A model generated the notes under the pieces. It saw nothing but the letters and a program-made list of their open reading frames with translations, was not told the origin of the DNA and searched no databases. Below are positions 43,696 through 53,848 of a stretch of 64,000 nt of DNA, one piece after another. The translations under genes and the position numbers were made by a program. The stretch comes from Bacteroidota bacterium. GTDB taxonomy: Bacteria; Bacteroidota; Bacteroidia; Bacteroidales; Bacteroidaceae. Within the stretch, counting starts at the first letter, position 1, and each line of letters opens with the position of its first letter. The stretch lies in assembly GCA_023426145.1 (NCBI GenBank), contig JAFABG010000006.1, positions 48,535 through 112,534 of the forward strand. The letters are read 5' to 3'.

Positions 43696-44250
43696 ATGAA
43701 GAAAATAACCTACTTAATAGGAAGTTTGATGATGCTAATTTGGATATTAGCATCATGTACCGAGGGTACTGATTTTGATATTAATTATACCCCTATTGCC
43801 CCAATTGGTGGACAATATGTTGTGACTGTTTCTTATGGTTTCGATAAAACTAAAAGTGATGTTGAGTTTTGGGCTGATCCTACGAATGTTAAAGATTCGT
43901 TACAGATATATGCTTATCTTAGCAACACAACATTTTTTGATACTGATTCTGCTTGGGTTCGTATAGGGAGTTATTCGGCTAGAAATGGATATAATATCAA
44001 TACTAAAGTATTTATTGATATGAGTAATTACAGTTTCTCAGGATTAAACATTAACAATTTTGTTGGTAATTCTATTACCCCTGTTGATAGCGTTACTATT
44101 AATGGCTTTTGCACACATAATAATTTTGTAGCACCTTCTGGTGCTACAACCGATTATATTAGTTTTATTTATTCTCGTACAGATTTGCCTGGCTATCACT
44201 GGAAAGTAGAAGGATGGAAATATACGGGATGGGCAGAAGATGATTATTAA
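43696..44250 (+). CDS. Small SusCD-associated lipoprotein
   Basis: Lipobox LASC, position after SusD, and C-terminal G-W-K-Y-T-G-W-x-E-D-D-Y. Confidence 0.7.
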   Translation: MKKITYLIGSLMMLIWILASCTEGTDFDINYTPIAPIGGQYVVTVSYGFDKTKSDVEFWADPTNVKDSLQIYAYLSNTTFFDTDSAWVRIGSYSARNGYNINTKVFIDMSNYSFSGLNINNFVGNSITPVDSVTINGFCTHNNFVAPSGATTDYISFIYSRTDLPGYHWKVEGWKYTGWAEDDY

Positions 44251-44372
44251 TTACGATAAAATCACTAAAAACAGGATTGAAAGCGTTCTATTCTGTCTTT
44301 TCTAAGAATTCTCTTAGAGTTTTAATCTTTACATTAATGTTTCTTTACTTTAACACTTAAGAAACAATTTTT

Positions 44373-44400
44373 GGGTATCTTCGTGAGAAGATACCCTTTT
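44373..44400 (+). terminator. Intrinsic terminator
   Basis: GGGTATCTTC-GTGA-GAAGATACCC followed by TTTT. Confidence 0.75.
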
Positions 44401-44985
44401 AAATTTATACCTAGCATGCCGTATGTTTTAATAGCAAGTGTTGAACATGCTCTGTTTATATGAATCTTTATGTAATAGTAAGGAGACCTCATTGGAGTAA
44501 AAATGTATAATAATTTACGGTAAATTTTTGGTCTAACAATTTAGAAATGAGTGTTAATTAGTACAAGATGGGCTTGAAGGAAAAGGCTAAATTCTATAGT
44601 TATCCGAATTTATATCGAGTAAAGTCGAAAGATGTATGTGATGAAAGTATAGTTTTTTTGACTTCCTTAAAAGTAGAGAAGGTGGATTATCGGAATCATC
44701 CTGTCCTCTTCTATTTTTCAATACTCATAAGAGTATTGTACATACGAACAGCTGTTGTCAGGTGAAAAGGATATTGTATTGTATGCTGGCAAGCTATGTT
44801 CGCATGAATTTATGTCAGATAGTTGACCCATGAAAGCATTTTACCACTTTTGAATTATATAAATATCGCTAACTCTGTATCAATTATGAACAATCGTTAT
44901 TTGTAAAGCGGCACGTATGGTGATATTAAGAGTACAGCTTGGGAAATGATCTCATGTTTCCTAGTAGATCATGTTTAGTATATGT

Positions 44986-45195
44986 AAAAACAAAAAGATC
45001 CGGCTTTCACAAGCTGGATCTTTTGTTTACTAGAATTTATGTGCTTATACATTCATTCTGTAATATTGAATACATTATATGGTTTCTAAAACTAACAACC
45101 AAATATGGGAATGCGGGAGAATCACTTCGGCCGATTCTAATGTGTTCAATGTGGTTACGTAATTTTTAATTATGACTAATAAATTCAATTCTGAT
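44986..45195 (-). ncRNA. Candidate small RNA A (~210 nt), paralogue of 57029-57129
   Basis: -7 box TATCTTTG (45200-45207) with the 18-bp box. The 5' ~50 nt are nearly identical to sRNA B. Terminator at 44988-45028; no conserved ORF. Confidence 0.7.
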
Positions 45196-45199
45196 ACTG

Positions 45200-45247
45200 C
45201 AAAGATAGGGAGTTAATGACTTTTATGCAATCACCTAAAATGGGTAT
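45200..45247 (-). promoter_or_regulatory. -7 box + 22 nt + 18-bp box ATCACCTAAAATGGGTAT (45230-45247)
   Basis: Same geometry as six other promoters in the window. Confidence 0.75.
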
Positions 45248-45922
45248 TCTTTGGAGAATAACTAGCAATATATAATGGGTTTATTTGAAGATATTTTTAA
45301 AATATTGATGTGTTAATATGTATGGCATTTTGGGCAATAATATTTCTATTTGATATTAATTTGTTGATTTAACTTTCTGGTGTTATTCCCGATTTACTTT
45401 AAATAGCAATTGGTCTTTCATAAAACAGGTTTATTTTATTATCATTTAGGCTTTTTAGCCCCTACAGAGCACTACTTAGTTACATTAAGAATAAAGGTGT
45501 ACACGGTATTGGATATATACATGTTGCAGATAGGATAACTATGCGCTTTGAATAGTGTAAGTATATGGTGTAAATAGCGTAACTATGGTCTAGGTATAGT
45601 GTTAGTATCCTAGAAAAATAGCATGAATTCAATGCTTTTTAAGTTCCTGTTTTTCTATTTTAGTCGTCGTTTATAATCGTATTTTCTGAACGATGTGAAA
45701 TGCTATTTTGACTTTTATTGGTCTTTTAAGTAGTTATTTTGGGAAAAAGAATGGAAATGATCATTTTGCTTTAGTGTTTCTAGCAAAATGATATTTTGCT
45801 AATTGCTTAGGATCAAATAAAAAAGAAGTGTAGTTGTATGGACGGAATTTTACGATTCTATGCGTGTTAGTAAATACAAATTGTCAATTTGACAATTTGT
45901 ATTTGACCCTTATATCTTGTTG

Positions 45923-48166
45923 TTAACTATTAGCATAGCTATGCATTCCACCTAAAAGAAAATTAACTCCGAAATATGTAAATAGTACCGCTAAAAAAGC
46001 TATAATAGAGAATAGATGAAAAAATATAGGCTTGCGAAACCAAGAGAGTGTTGAAGAATGTAGAGCTAAGGCATAAATCAGCATGGTAACTAAGGCCCAT
46101 ACTTCTTTGGGATCCCATCCCCAGTATCTTCCCCACGAAACGTTTGCCCATATTGCCCCCACAAAAATACCGATCGTCAATAAAAAGACAGCAGGATAGA
46201 GCATTATTTCGCTGATAATTTGCAATCGCTTAATTTGTGAGGTGCATTTCTTGGGTGAACAGTGTAGTATTACAGCGGTTACTCCATTGAGCATGGTGAA
46301 CCCCAGCAATGTATAAGCCATCATAATGACGACTACGTGTATGCTTAGCAAAGGGGAAGCTAGTACAGGCATTAATTGTGTGATTTGAGGGTTGGCTTCT
46401 CCTAACATCGAAACTAGCAGTGTAAGCCCGCAAAGCAAGAACCCGAAGGGTAATGTCATACGGAATTTGCGTTGTAAAAAGAAAGTAAGTAAAATGCTAC
46501 ACCAAGCCATAAATTGCATAGTTTCAAATCCATTTGACAATGGAAGATGATTACTTATATAACCTCGAAAGATAATGACGGTACTAAGATAAATGAAAAT
46601 GGTAACTAAGATGAGGGTTAATATAAGTTGCCAATAACTTCCTTTGCTGTGCAAGGTAATCATTTGATGGCAATAATATAGGAAGGCTAATAAGCCAATG
46701 GTGATGCAAAGCATAGCTAGTGGACGAGTATAATTTAAGTTATTATACAACTTCTCGACTGCGAAACGGCTATTTGTGGGAAGTGTTGTTCCTGCTTCTT
46801 TTCGTTGATACTTCTTTATCTTTTTTAATAACATAGCTGCTTCTTCATAATTTTTCCCCGCTACTTTTTCGGCGACATAACTCATGCTATTTCTGATAAA
46901 GGCCCATTGGCCATCGGGCACATCTTGAGGTAATTTGTCGGCTAGAGAATACCATGTTGTCCGTTGAGTTTCTATGTTATGATAAGGGTAGATTTTTAAA
47001 ATATTCCCAGTGCATAGCATGCTAATAAGACTAAATTTTTCATTGGAACTCTCAAATTTTGCCCGATTATTTATTTTGATGTTTCTTTGCACATTTGCTT
47101 CAAGTTTGTAACCGTTTATATTTACAAAATCTGTTAGACAGGCATAATCTTGATCAATGCCAAGTAACTTTTTAATTTCTTTACTTTTTATGCGAATCAT
47201 TGGCTCTTTCTTCCAATCATCATAATAGAAGAACCACCCCGTAAGCACTTGTTCAGCGCTAAGTCCTTTGTAACTCGATTTGCCATATAATTTAAGGGTA
47301 AAGTCTTTTGCTAATGTTTGTAGAGGGCAGATACGGTCATTATAATATAGATATAAATCGCCGAATTGTTCGGCGATATGTTTGGGCAAAGTTTCAGGAC
47401 GGTCAGTAGCTTGTAATGTATTGGTTGAGGCATAAACAAAGAATAGAATCACTGTTGCTGTTTTATGCAATAAGGGGTGGTGAAGTAGCTGAGAGAAACG
47501 ATTGTGCTTTTTAAAAAAGTAAGCAATCAAGCAACAGAATAATAGGGTATACCCAGTATAGGTGATGGCAATGCCATAAGGGTCATAATAGACAGATAAA
47601 GTGCTCCCTTTAGTATCTTCGTCGTATTTTGATTGGTAGAAACGATAATTGTGGTAGCTGTATATGTGATTCATTGATATTTCGCCTTTATGTTTTTCTC
47701 CAGTATCCTCATTGACACTAACTGTGCTGACGAAGTCCATTGGTGCAAATGTCCCCGGATAATATTCTAAATAGAAATCTGTAAGAGAAATTTTGAATGG
47801 GAGATTGGCGGTCTTTCCGTTGTGTAAGGTGAAGGTGCTACAAGGGGCGCTATCTTGACGGAGGTGTATAGCTCCTTGAATACCCAATAAATGTGTAGTT
47901 AGTGCTCCTGATAGTATCAGAATAAATGAAAGATGCAAGCTGAAAACGAGGACTTGTTTTTGGACTTTTCGTAAGAGCAAGTAGAGGATAGAAGCTACAG
48001 CAGTCATTCCCCATAGAATGATAAAAATTGGTGAGGAATAAATTTGCTGTGCTACTAATGTACTTCCGTATGCTTTTTCTAGGATAGTAGCAGTGATTAA
48101 GATGCATACGAGTATGCCTATCAGTCCGAAAGATAGATATTTTAGGAGTTGTTTGTATGTAGCCAT
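45923..48166 (-). CDS. ccsA: Cytochrome c biogenesis protein, CcsB/CcsA fusion (system II)
   Basis: WWD domain GAIWANVSWGRYWGWDPKEVW, LHLSF and terminal GMHSYA; many transmembrane helices. Confidence 0.92.
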   Translation of the reverse strand: MATYKQLLKYLSFGLIGILVCILITATILEKAYGSTLVAQQIYSSPIFIILWGMTAVASILYLLLRKVQKQVLVFSLHLSFILILSGALTTHLLGIQGAIHLRQDSAPCSTFTLHNGKTANLPFKISLTDFYLEYYPGTFAPMDFVSTVSVNEDTGEKHKGEISMNHIYSYHNYRFYQSKYDEDTKGSTLSVYYDPYGIAITYTGYTLLFCCLIAYFFKKHNRFSQLLHHPLLHKTATVILFFVYASTNTLQATDRPETLPKHIAEQFGDLYLYYNDRICPLQTLAKDFTLKLYGKSSYKGLSAEQVLTGWFFYYDDWKKEPMIRIKSKEIKKLLGIDQDYACLTDFVNINGYKLEANVQRNIKINNRAKFESSNEKFSLISMLCTGNILKIYPYHNIETQRTTWYSLADKLPQDVPDGQWAFIRNSMSYVAEKVAGKNYEEAAMLLKKIKKYQRKEAGTTLPTNSRFAVEKLYNNLNYTRPLAMLCITIGLLAFLYYCHQMITLHSKGSYWQLILTLILVTIFIYLSTVIIFRGYISNHLPLSNGFETMQFMAWCSILLTFFLQRKFRMTLPFGFLLCGLTLLVSMLGEANPQITQLMPVLASPLLSIHVVVIMMAYTLLGFTMLNGVTAVILHCSPKKCTSQIKRLQIISEIMLYPAVFLLTIGIFVGAIWANVSWGRYWGWDPKEVWALVTMLIYALALHSSTLSWFRKPIFFHLFSIIAFLAVLFTYFGVNFLLGGMHSYANS

Positions 48167-48292
48167 TCGATTGTAGTTAAATAAAAAAGAGGCTTGTCCT
48201 TCAGAATCCGTCTAAGAATTTATTCTCTTGGTATGAAGAGAGTCTATTTCTTATTGTTACATCTTGACACAGCCTCTTTTATTGTACAAGAG

Positions 48293-49933
48293 TTAGATAG
48301 AGTTTATGAATTTGACAACAGCCTCACGATCGGCTTTAGATAACTCGCGGAATTTTTCAACACTTCTGCGGGCATCGCTTTGTGCATTGCCATGCCACAT
48401 AATAGCTTCAATAACTGTACGTGCACGACAGTCATGAAGCCGGTCTGAAGTAACAGAACCTGTACATTTTTGATGCAATCCACGTCCCCATAATGGAGTG
48501 GTGCGGCACCATCCTGTACGAATATTACTTTCCATGTGAAGTTGATGTTGTACCATATCGGTATAAGGCCATATTTTTTGGTTAGGGTATCTTGGTAGCT
48601 TTGAATCGTTGCTAAAGAATCTGGCAGGATCTCTAATCTCATCAGCACCAGTAGTCCATGATGGACGATGACAATACGTACAACCTATTTCTTGAAAGAG
48701 ATCTTTACCTTTTAACACGTCTTTGTCGCTCACATTACGGGCAGCTGGAACGGCCAAACCTCTGTGCCATACCATCAGATCAGTATAGTCTTCGTCTGTC
48801 ATTTCTATTGGTAAGTCTTTTGCAGTTAGATATGATTTAATTCTATTCTCTAATGAGCCATTCCACCAGGATGGATGTTCTTTATTGGGATCTACCTGAG
48901 CTATATAGGTTTCGAAACCAGCTTGTACATCTGGGTCTTTTGACGAATATTCTGCATAAGTTCCTGCTCCATCTAAATAATGAAAACGGCGATCTTTACG
49001 AGTTACATTAGTGATGTTCCATATAGCATTAGCTCCAGCTGCATCTTGAAGTGGGCCACGACTGAGAGCATAGGTATATCGACGAGGATACTTTGTCCCA
49101 TTCCCCCCTTGTGCCGTATTTGCATATTGGTTGATCCATTCTCCATCTTTAAAGAAATTAGTATTTAGCCCATTCTTCATATACCCATCTTTCTCTTCTT
49201 TGGCATATTGGGCTTTTAGATCTTCATCGCTAATAGCATCCAGTAGTCCTGTGCCATAAATACCAATAGTTGACTCTAGTTTTACTACATACTCTTTAGG
49301 TATTTGATAGCCTTGGCTCACTACGTAAACAGCTTCTTTAGGCATAGTTACTTCAGGATATTGTAGCTCGTAAGTATCACCGTCAGGGAATTTATTCTCC
49401 CATTCGTCAGTATAATTTTTCCACTCTATATTAATCTTGCTCTCGTCTAGTGGGTTTTTAAATGGAGCTACGGCGTGACTTTGAGGCATACCTGCCAGCC
49501 AACTTACATAGTTGTTATTGTCAGGAGTATATACCACTAGTAAGCATCCATTACCAATTTCCTTTGTGTTAAATGGGCCTGCACTAATTCGTTTCCCATG
49601 TCCGTATCCAGGATGACAGTGCATGCAAGAATTACGAACATAAACAGGACCTAGTCCTTTTCGAACTCCTGAGGTGTTTGTCATAAATGGTTTTTCAAAC
49701 AGCTGTTCTCCATTCTTGAAGGCTTGGTACAAGCCAGCATTTTCTACAGCTAGGGTCGGTTGTTCGAATGCGTTTGAAGTCGATAAATAAGCTGTACCTA
49801 ATTCCCCTCCAGTGTAATACCATTCAGGAAGTTCGTTTGTTTGAGTTGCTGGGTTTGGCTCATTACTTTCATCATTACAAGCTATCAGCCCTGAAATTAG
49901 CGGTATCCCCAATAAATAATGAATTTTTTTCAT
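48293..49933 (-). CDS. Di-haem oxidoreductase-family (DHOR) lipoprotein
   Basis: Lipobox LIAC, two CxxCH motifs (CMHCH, CTYCH), GLGPVY and RTTPLWG. Confidence 0.88.
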   Translation of the reverse strand: MKKIHYLLGIPLISGLIACNDESNEPNPATQTNELPEWYYTGGELGTAYLSTSNAFEQPTLAVENAGLYQAFKNGEQLFEKPFMTNTSGVRKGLGPVYVRNSCMHCHPGYGHGKRISAGPFNTKEIGNGCLLVVYTPDNNNYVSWLAGMPQSHAVAPFKNPLDESKINIEWKNYTDEWENKFPDGDTYELQYPEVTMPKEAVYVVSQGYQIPKEYVVKLESTIGIYGTGLLDAISDEDLKAQYAKEEKDGYMKNGLNTNFFKDGEWINQYANTAQGGNGTKYPRRYTYALSRGPLQDAAGANAIWNITNVTRKDRRFHYLDGAGTYAEYSSKDPDVQAGFETYIAQVDPNKEHPSWWNGSLENRIKSYLTAKDLPIEMTDEDYTDLMVWHRGLAVPAARNVSDKDVLKGKDLFQEIGCTYCHRPSWTTGADEIRDPARFFSNDSKLPRYPNQKIWPYTDMVQHQLHMESNIRTGWCRTTPLWGRGLHQKCTGSVTSDRLHDCRARTVIEAIMWHGNAQSDARRSVEKFRELSKADREAVVKFINSI

Positions 49934-49972
49934 AATTATAATTAGAATTAATTCGTTTGTTTTTATGCATCA

Positions 49973-50010
49973 ATAGCGGGCAAACTTGGTTTCCTAGTTT
50001 GCTCGCTATT
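49973..50010 (-). other. Intra-operon stem-loop between the imelysin and DHOR genes
   Basis: AATAGCGGGCAAACT...AGTTTGCTCGCTATT. Confidence 0.55.
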
Positions 50011-50027
50011 AGTTGTCGTATTTTCAA

Positions 50028-51206
50028 CTAGTATTTAGATAATGTTGCCATAACCTTACCCAGAACGTTTACTAAATCCGTTCCTACAATAGTTACGGCT
50101 GCTTTGGCATCAGCATTAGATGTCGCAGTTTTTGCAAATGGTTCTGGAATCTTTTTGATAGTTGTAATAGCTTTATCAATTGCAGCTTTTAATTCAGCAT
50201 CTAAACTTGGATCAATATTCTGGATATAATCGCTGATAGATGCATCGCCTACATTGCTTCCCGTATATGCATTTTGGATGCTAATTATATTATCAGTAAA
50301 GTCAACAATAGAGTTTAAACTGTAAGGAGATTCAATATAGTTTTTATCTTCTGTTGAGGAACCATTGACTGGTCTTCCGATTTTTGTGTTTCCAACTTCA
50401 TCAGCTATGTCAATGCATCCTTGTATGATCTCTTCAGCTGCATCCTGATAATTTACGTATTTGCTGCCTCCTTTGCCTGCGTTTATTATAGATGAGCCAT
50501 AATTGAATGTTGGTTCAAGCTCTGCATCTTCCAGAATTTCTTTTTTTTCACTGTTAATGTTATCAATTCCTGCCCAAGATGCTTCCAGACGGATACATTG
50601 ATTGCGCAAGTCTCCGGCAACAGAAGTCAGATAAATCATTTCTTCGTTTGTGTAAGTTAGGCTATGGGGCATTGATTGTGTTTCATTAGCATCTAGTTGG
50701 AACAGCATGTATTCTACTGCATGGAATCCTAGTAAACCATATCCTAAATTGTTTCCTACATATTCAGGGCTCATTTGTGCCATTTGTGATGTATTACTCA
50801 GCATATTATCCATTGCTGTTTTGTCCAAAGGCCATGAATCTATATGCGGGTCGATGTTATAGTCTGCAGCAGCACCAAAGAGAAACGATTCGCTGAGCTC
50901 CCAGTATTTTCGTGATGTATTCCATGCTTCTCCTGCAGCTTTTATCATATCTGTAGTCAAGTTGCCTGCCGTATGTGCTTCTTGCATAGCAATACATTTA
51001 TCATACATATCCATGGCAGCATCAGCCATAGCTTCATAGGTTGGAATCACTGTTTTATTGACATAAGGTGCCATTGCACTTTTCAGCATGTCTTCTTTAA
51101 CCACTAGATTGTAATCATCTCCATCGCTATCATTACAAGCAACTAAGTTTGCTGCTATTAAAGCACCAAAGGCCATTTGTGTGAGCCAATTAATAAAAGT
51201 CTTCAT
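50028..51206 (-). CDS. Imelysin-family (peptidase M75, IrpA-like) lipoprotein
   Basis: Lipobox LVAC, IDSWP, GFHAVEY (GxHxxE) and ESPYS. Confidence 0.88.
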   Translation of the reverse strand: MKTFINWLTQMAFGALIAANLVACNDSDGDDYNLVVKEDMLKSAMAPYVNKTVIPTYEAMADAAMDMYDKCIAMQEAHTAGNLTTDMIKAAGEAWNTSRKYWELSESFLFGAAADYNIDPHIDSWPLDKTAMDNMLSNTSQMAQMSPEYVGNNLGYGLLGFHAVEYMLFQLDANETQSMPHSLTYTNEEMIYLTSVAGDLRNQCIRLEASWAGIDNINSEKKEILEDAELEPTFNYGSSIINAGKGGSKYVNYQDAAEEIIQGCIDIADEVGNTKIGRPVNGSSTEDKNYIESPYSLNSIVDFTDNIISIQNAYTGSNVGDASISDYIQNIDPSLDAELKAAIDKAITTIKKIPEPFAKTATSNADAKAAVTIVGTDLVNVLGKVMATLSKY

Positions 51207-51253
51207 TTGTTTTCTCGTTTTTATTTATATGATTAATAATTTCTGTTGCACTT

Positions 51254-52579
51254 CTATTTAGTGAAAAAACCGGCATAAGCAATCCCTAAAGATATTGAGG
51301 GCTCATTATTATAATTGCGTTTCATTAATCCAATGGAATATTCCCCTTTTATAACTAAATCTTTCATTGGATAGTAATTAAGCCCTGCCGCTATACGATT
51401 TCGCCCACACCAATCATATGCTGTTCCTTTCGTTTTATACATGGAGTCATAATAGTCATATCGTCCAAAAAGATACAATCTACGCCCTGTATCTCGCAAT
51501 TTATTCAATTGAGAAAATAGGTTATAGCCTGCTTCAATTCCAGTTGCTATTGCGTCAGAAGCAACAGCTTGCTTGGGAGAAGGTGATGCTTTACGCATAG
51601 ACATGTTGTACTGAGTTATTAACTGTGAATCGGTTAAATGACCATAATCGAAGTTACCACGAACAACCCAATTGTGAGCATCATAATGGAAGTCTAGGGC
51701 ACCAATAGTAACAGTCCCTTTTACATCTTTATAAGTTTTGTTTTCGTTGGTACTTAGTGTATTATTGAAAGAATTTCCAATATATCCACTAACTGATAGA
51801 CGGAGACCAGGCACGGAATAATTGTCAATACGTAAAGCTCCAGCATAGGAATTGGCTATTTTGAATTCGTATGGACTTCCAGCTCCATCATGTATCCAAC
51901 CTTTACGCCCGAAGCGGTCGGAATCTAATCCTGGAAGGAGCATAGCTTCGTAACGCCATTTACCTAAACGTCCCCATAGGCTAACTCCAGTTTCATGCCA
52001 TGTACAGGGCATAATAGTGTTTTCACCTTCGGGGCGATATACTCCAAAGAACTCGGTAGGCATGTGGTGTTGGTTTGTTCCGCCTACTGGAATAATTAGA
52101 TGCCCCATTTTTAGGTTGAATGATGATGAGAATGATTTCTGGATCCAAAATTGTTCTAGAGCAACTTCACCTCCTCGTTCAATTTCTGATTCATATTCAC
52201 CCCCTTCTTCCTCTTCTATTTCAACAGCACTTTCTGTTCCTCCGTGTTCAAATTCTATTTCAGACCCTAATGTCCATCCTTTTCCAAAATCATATCCTAC
52301 AAAGAAAACGACGTGTGGAAGATCTAAACGACCGTGACTCTGGGCATTCTTGAAACTAGTAGCATCTGTGTATCGTAAATAGTTATCACTATAAAAATTG
52401 CGAGTCATCACAGCTTCTCCATATCCTCCAAATGTTAATTTTGATTTTTTCTCTTGTTTGTCATTTGTGCCTATTGGAGCTTGATTATTTTCTCTATCTC
52501 TGCTTGGTGTAATTTCAGCATAACTGCTTGCTATATGAATTCCCATGCATACGAAGAATAGTAATAGATTTTTTTTCAT
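51254..52579 (-). CDS. Outer-membrane beta-barrel/porin-like protein of imelysin loci
   Basis: Signal peptide from ATG 52579 (MKKNLLL), GGYGE, SEIEFEHGG, acidic loop EIEEEEGGEYESE, and aromatic C-terminus. Confidence 0.75.
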   Translation of the reverse strand: MKKNLLLFFVCMGIHIASSYAEITPSRDRENNQAPIGTNDKQEKKSKLTFGGYGEAVMTRNFYSDNYLRYTDATSFKNAQSHGRLDLPHVVFFVGYDFGKGWTLGSEIEFEHGGTESAVEIEEEEGGEYESEIERGGEVALEQFWIQKSFSSSFNLKMGHLIIPVGGTNQHHMPTEFFGVYRPEGENTIMPCTWHETGVSLWGRLGKWRYEAMLLPGLDSDRFGRKGWIHDGAGSPYEFKIANSYAGALRIDNYSVPGLRLSVSGYIGNSFNNTLSTNENKTYKDVKGTVTIGALDFHYDAHNWVVRGNFDYGHLTDSQLITQYNMSMRKASPSPKQAVASDAIATGIEAGYNLFSQLNKLRDTGRRLYLFGRYDYYDSMYKTKGTAYDWCGRNRIAAGLNYYPMKDLVIKGEYSIGLMKRNYNNEPSISLGIAYAGFFTK

Positions 52580-52610
52580 TTGTCCTGCTTTATTTGATTT
52601 TAATTTGACA

Positions 52611-52658
52611 CAAAGGTATTGGAAGTTTAAAAACAAGACAATACCTAAAAATGTGTAT
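52611..52658 (-). promoter_or_regulatory. -7 box (52611-52618) + 22 nt + 18-bp box ATACCTAAAAATGTGTAT (52641-52658)
   Basis: Same geometry as the other boxed promoters. Confidence 0.75.
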
Positions 52659-52918
52659 ATTTTAATTAAAAATGGTAATGGGTAGGTATGCAGACAAAGA
52701 TAGGCTAGAGATTTGAACTCTATTTGTTATTAAAAAGCTAAATATGAGGTGGGTGGAAAAGTAAATGATGCGTCTGTATGATCTTTAAAATGAGAAAATT
52801 TAAAAGAAGAAAGAACCGTTTCTTATTGCATATTGTTCTTCGTATAGAAAATTTGCTTTTAAGAAACGATTCAACTACAAACAAGCTACAGACAACACAA
52901 AGCTAAATGTGTTAAGAT

Positions 52919-53281
52919 TTAAACTGCAATATTTATGGTTTCTTTTTTGCTACAGTATCGTTTGCATTGCATGCAAAGATCATAGCCTAACATTGCTCCA
53001 AGGATAAAATCTTCTTCGGCAGTCAGTTGATTTAAGGGGCGAATAATGATATACCTTAGTGCATCCATACATTCAGCACTACCGAAAAATAAATTAATCT
53101 TATTGGTTCCAACTTCTTGAATCATATAGCTGATTCCTTGATTTTTTAATCTGCGGATAGCAAAAGCTTGGTGTTCTTTACTCATTGTATAGAGCACCAT
53201 GTTGCGTATTCCTTTTTTTAATTCATAGATATGATTGAGGAATATTCTGATTTCTCCGGGAACGATTCTTTCGGTAGCCAT
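52919..53281 (-). CDS. DUF2023-family protein
   Basis: HIYELKKGIR and EEDFILGAMLGYD..QC.RYC; follows flavodoxin. Confidence 0.8.
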   Translation of the reverse strand: MATERIVPGEIRIFLNHIYELKKGIRNMVLYTMSKEHQAFAIRRLKNQGISYMIQEVGTNKINLFFGSAECMDALRYIIIRPLNQLTAEEDFILGAMLGYDLCMQCKRYCSKKETINIAV

Positions 53282-53313
53282 ATAGTAAGCTTTTTTATAT
53301 TTTGTAGGGGGAA

Positions 53314-53820
53314 TTAACTAATTTCTTTTTTTAATTGATTGATCCATGCGTCAATTCGTTCATCAGTTTTATTATCTTCATTAACTTCATCAAGTGGAAG
53401 GCCTATAAATTTTCCATTTACCACGGAAATAGAAGAGTCGAATGTGTAACTATTAGTATCAGTTGAACCGCAGAATCTACAATCACTATCTTTTAATTCA
53501 TCATATAGGATTCCAATGGCATCGCAGAATGTATCACTGTATGAATCAGAATCGCCACAGCCAAACAATGCTATACTTTTGTTTGATAAGTTGCACTTCT
53601 TTAATGTTTTAATACTGTCATACCAGTCATCTTGTAGTTCTCCGCTTCCCCATGTAGAAGTCCCTAATATCAATACATCATACTTGTTGACCAAATCCTC
53701 TGTAAGTTTGCTTACATCATAGATGTCTGGCTTAGATACTCCTAATTTGCCTGCTACGCGCTGAGCTAGATCTTCAGTAGTTCCGGTTGTGGAACCATAA
53801 AATATTCCAATTGTATTCAT
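53314..53820 (-). CDS. fldA: Flavodoxin (long-chain)
   Basis: IFYGSTTGTTE, GTSTWGSGELQDDW and FGCGD. Confidence 0.93.
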   Translation of the reverse strand: MNTIGIFYGSTTGTTEDLAQRVAGKLGVSKPDIYDVSKLTEDLVNKYDVLILGTSTWGSGELQDDWYDSIKTLKKCNLSNKSIALFGCGDSDSYSDTFCDAIGILYDELKDSDCRFCGSTDTNSYTFDSSISVVNGKFIGLPLDEVNEDNKTDERIDAWINQLKKEIS

Positions 53821-53848
53821 TTTATATTTTTATTTTATTGTGATATTG

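Noticed and set aside
44568..45169. Short + strand ORFs 44568-44765 and 44939-45169
   Set aside because: No motifs. The second runs through a terminator and is antisense to the better-supported sRNA A.
45172..45216. + strand micro-ORF starting at the conserved AATTATGACTAAT
   Set aside because: The paralogous copy at 57106 stops after three codons, and promoter and terminator point to the minus strand.
45536..45604. Two TAACTATG...ATAGTG-like units
   Set aside because: Too short and degenerate to distinguish from chance in AT-rich DNA.
52580..52636. N-terminal extensions in the ORF track (also 38861-38914, 4840-4878, 4565-4729)
   Set aside because: They overlap promoter boxes or precede clear signal peptides or domain starts; downstream ATGs were chosen.
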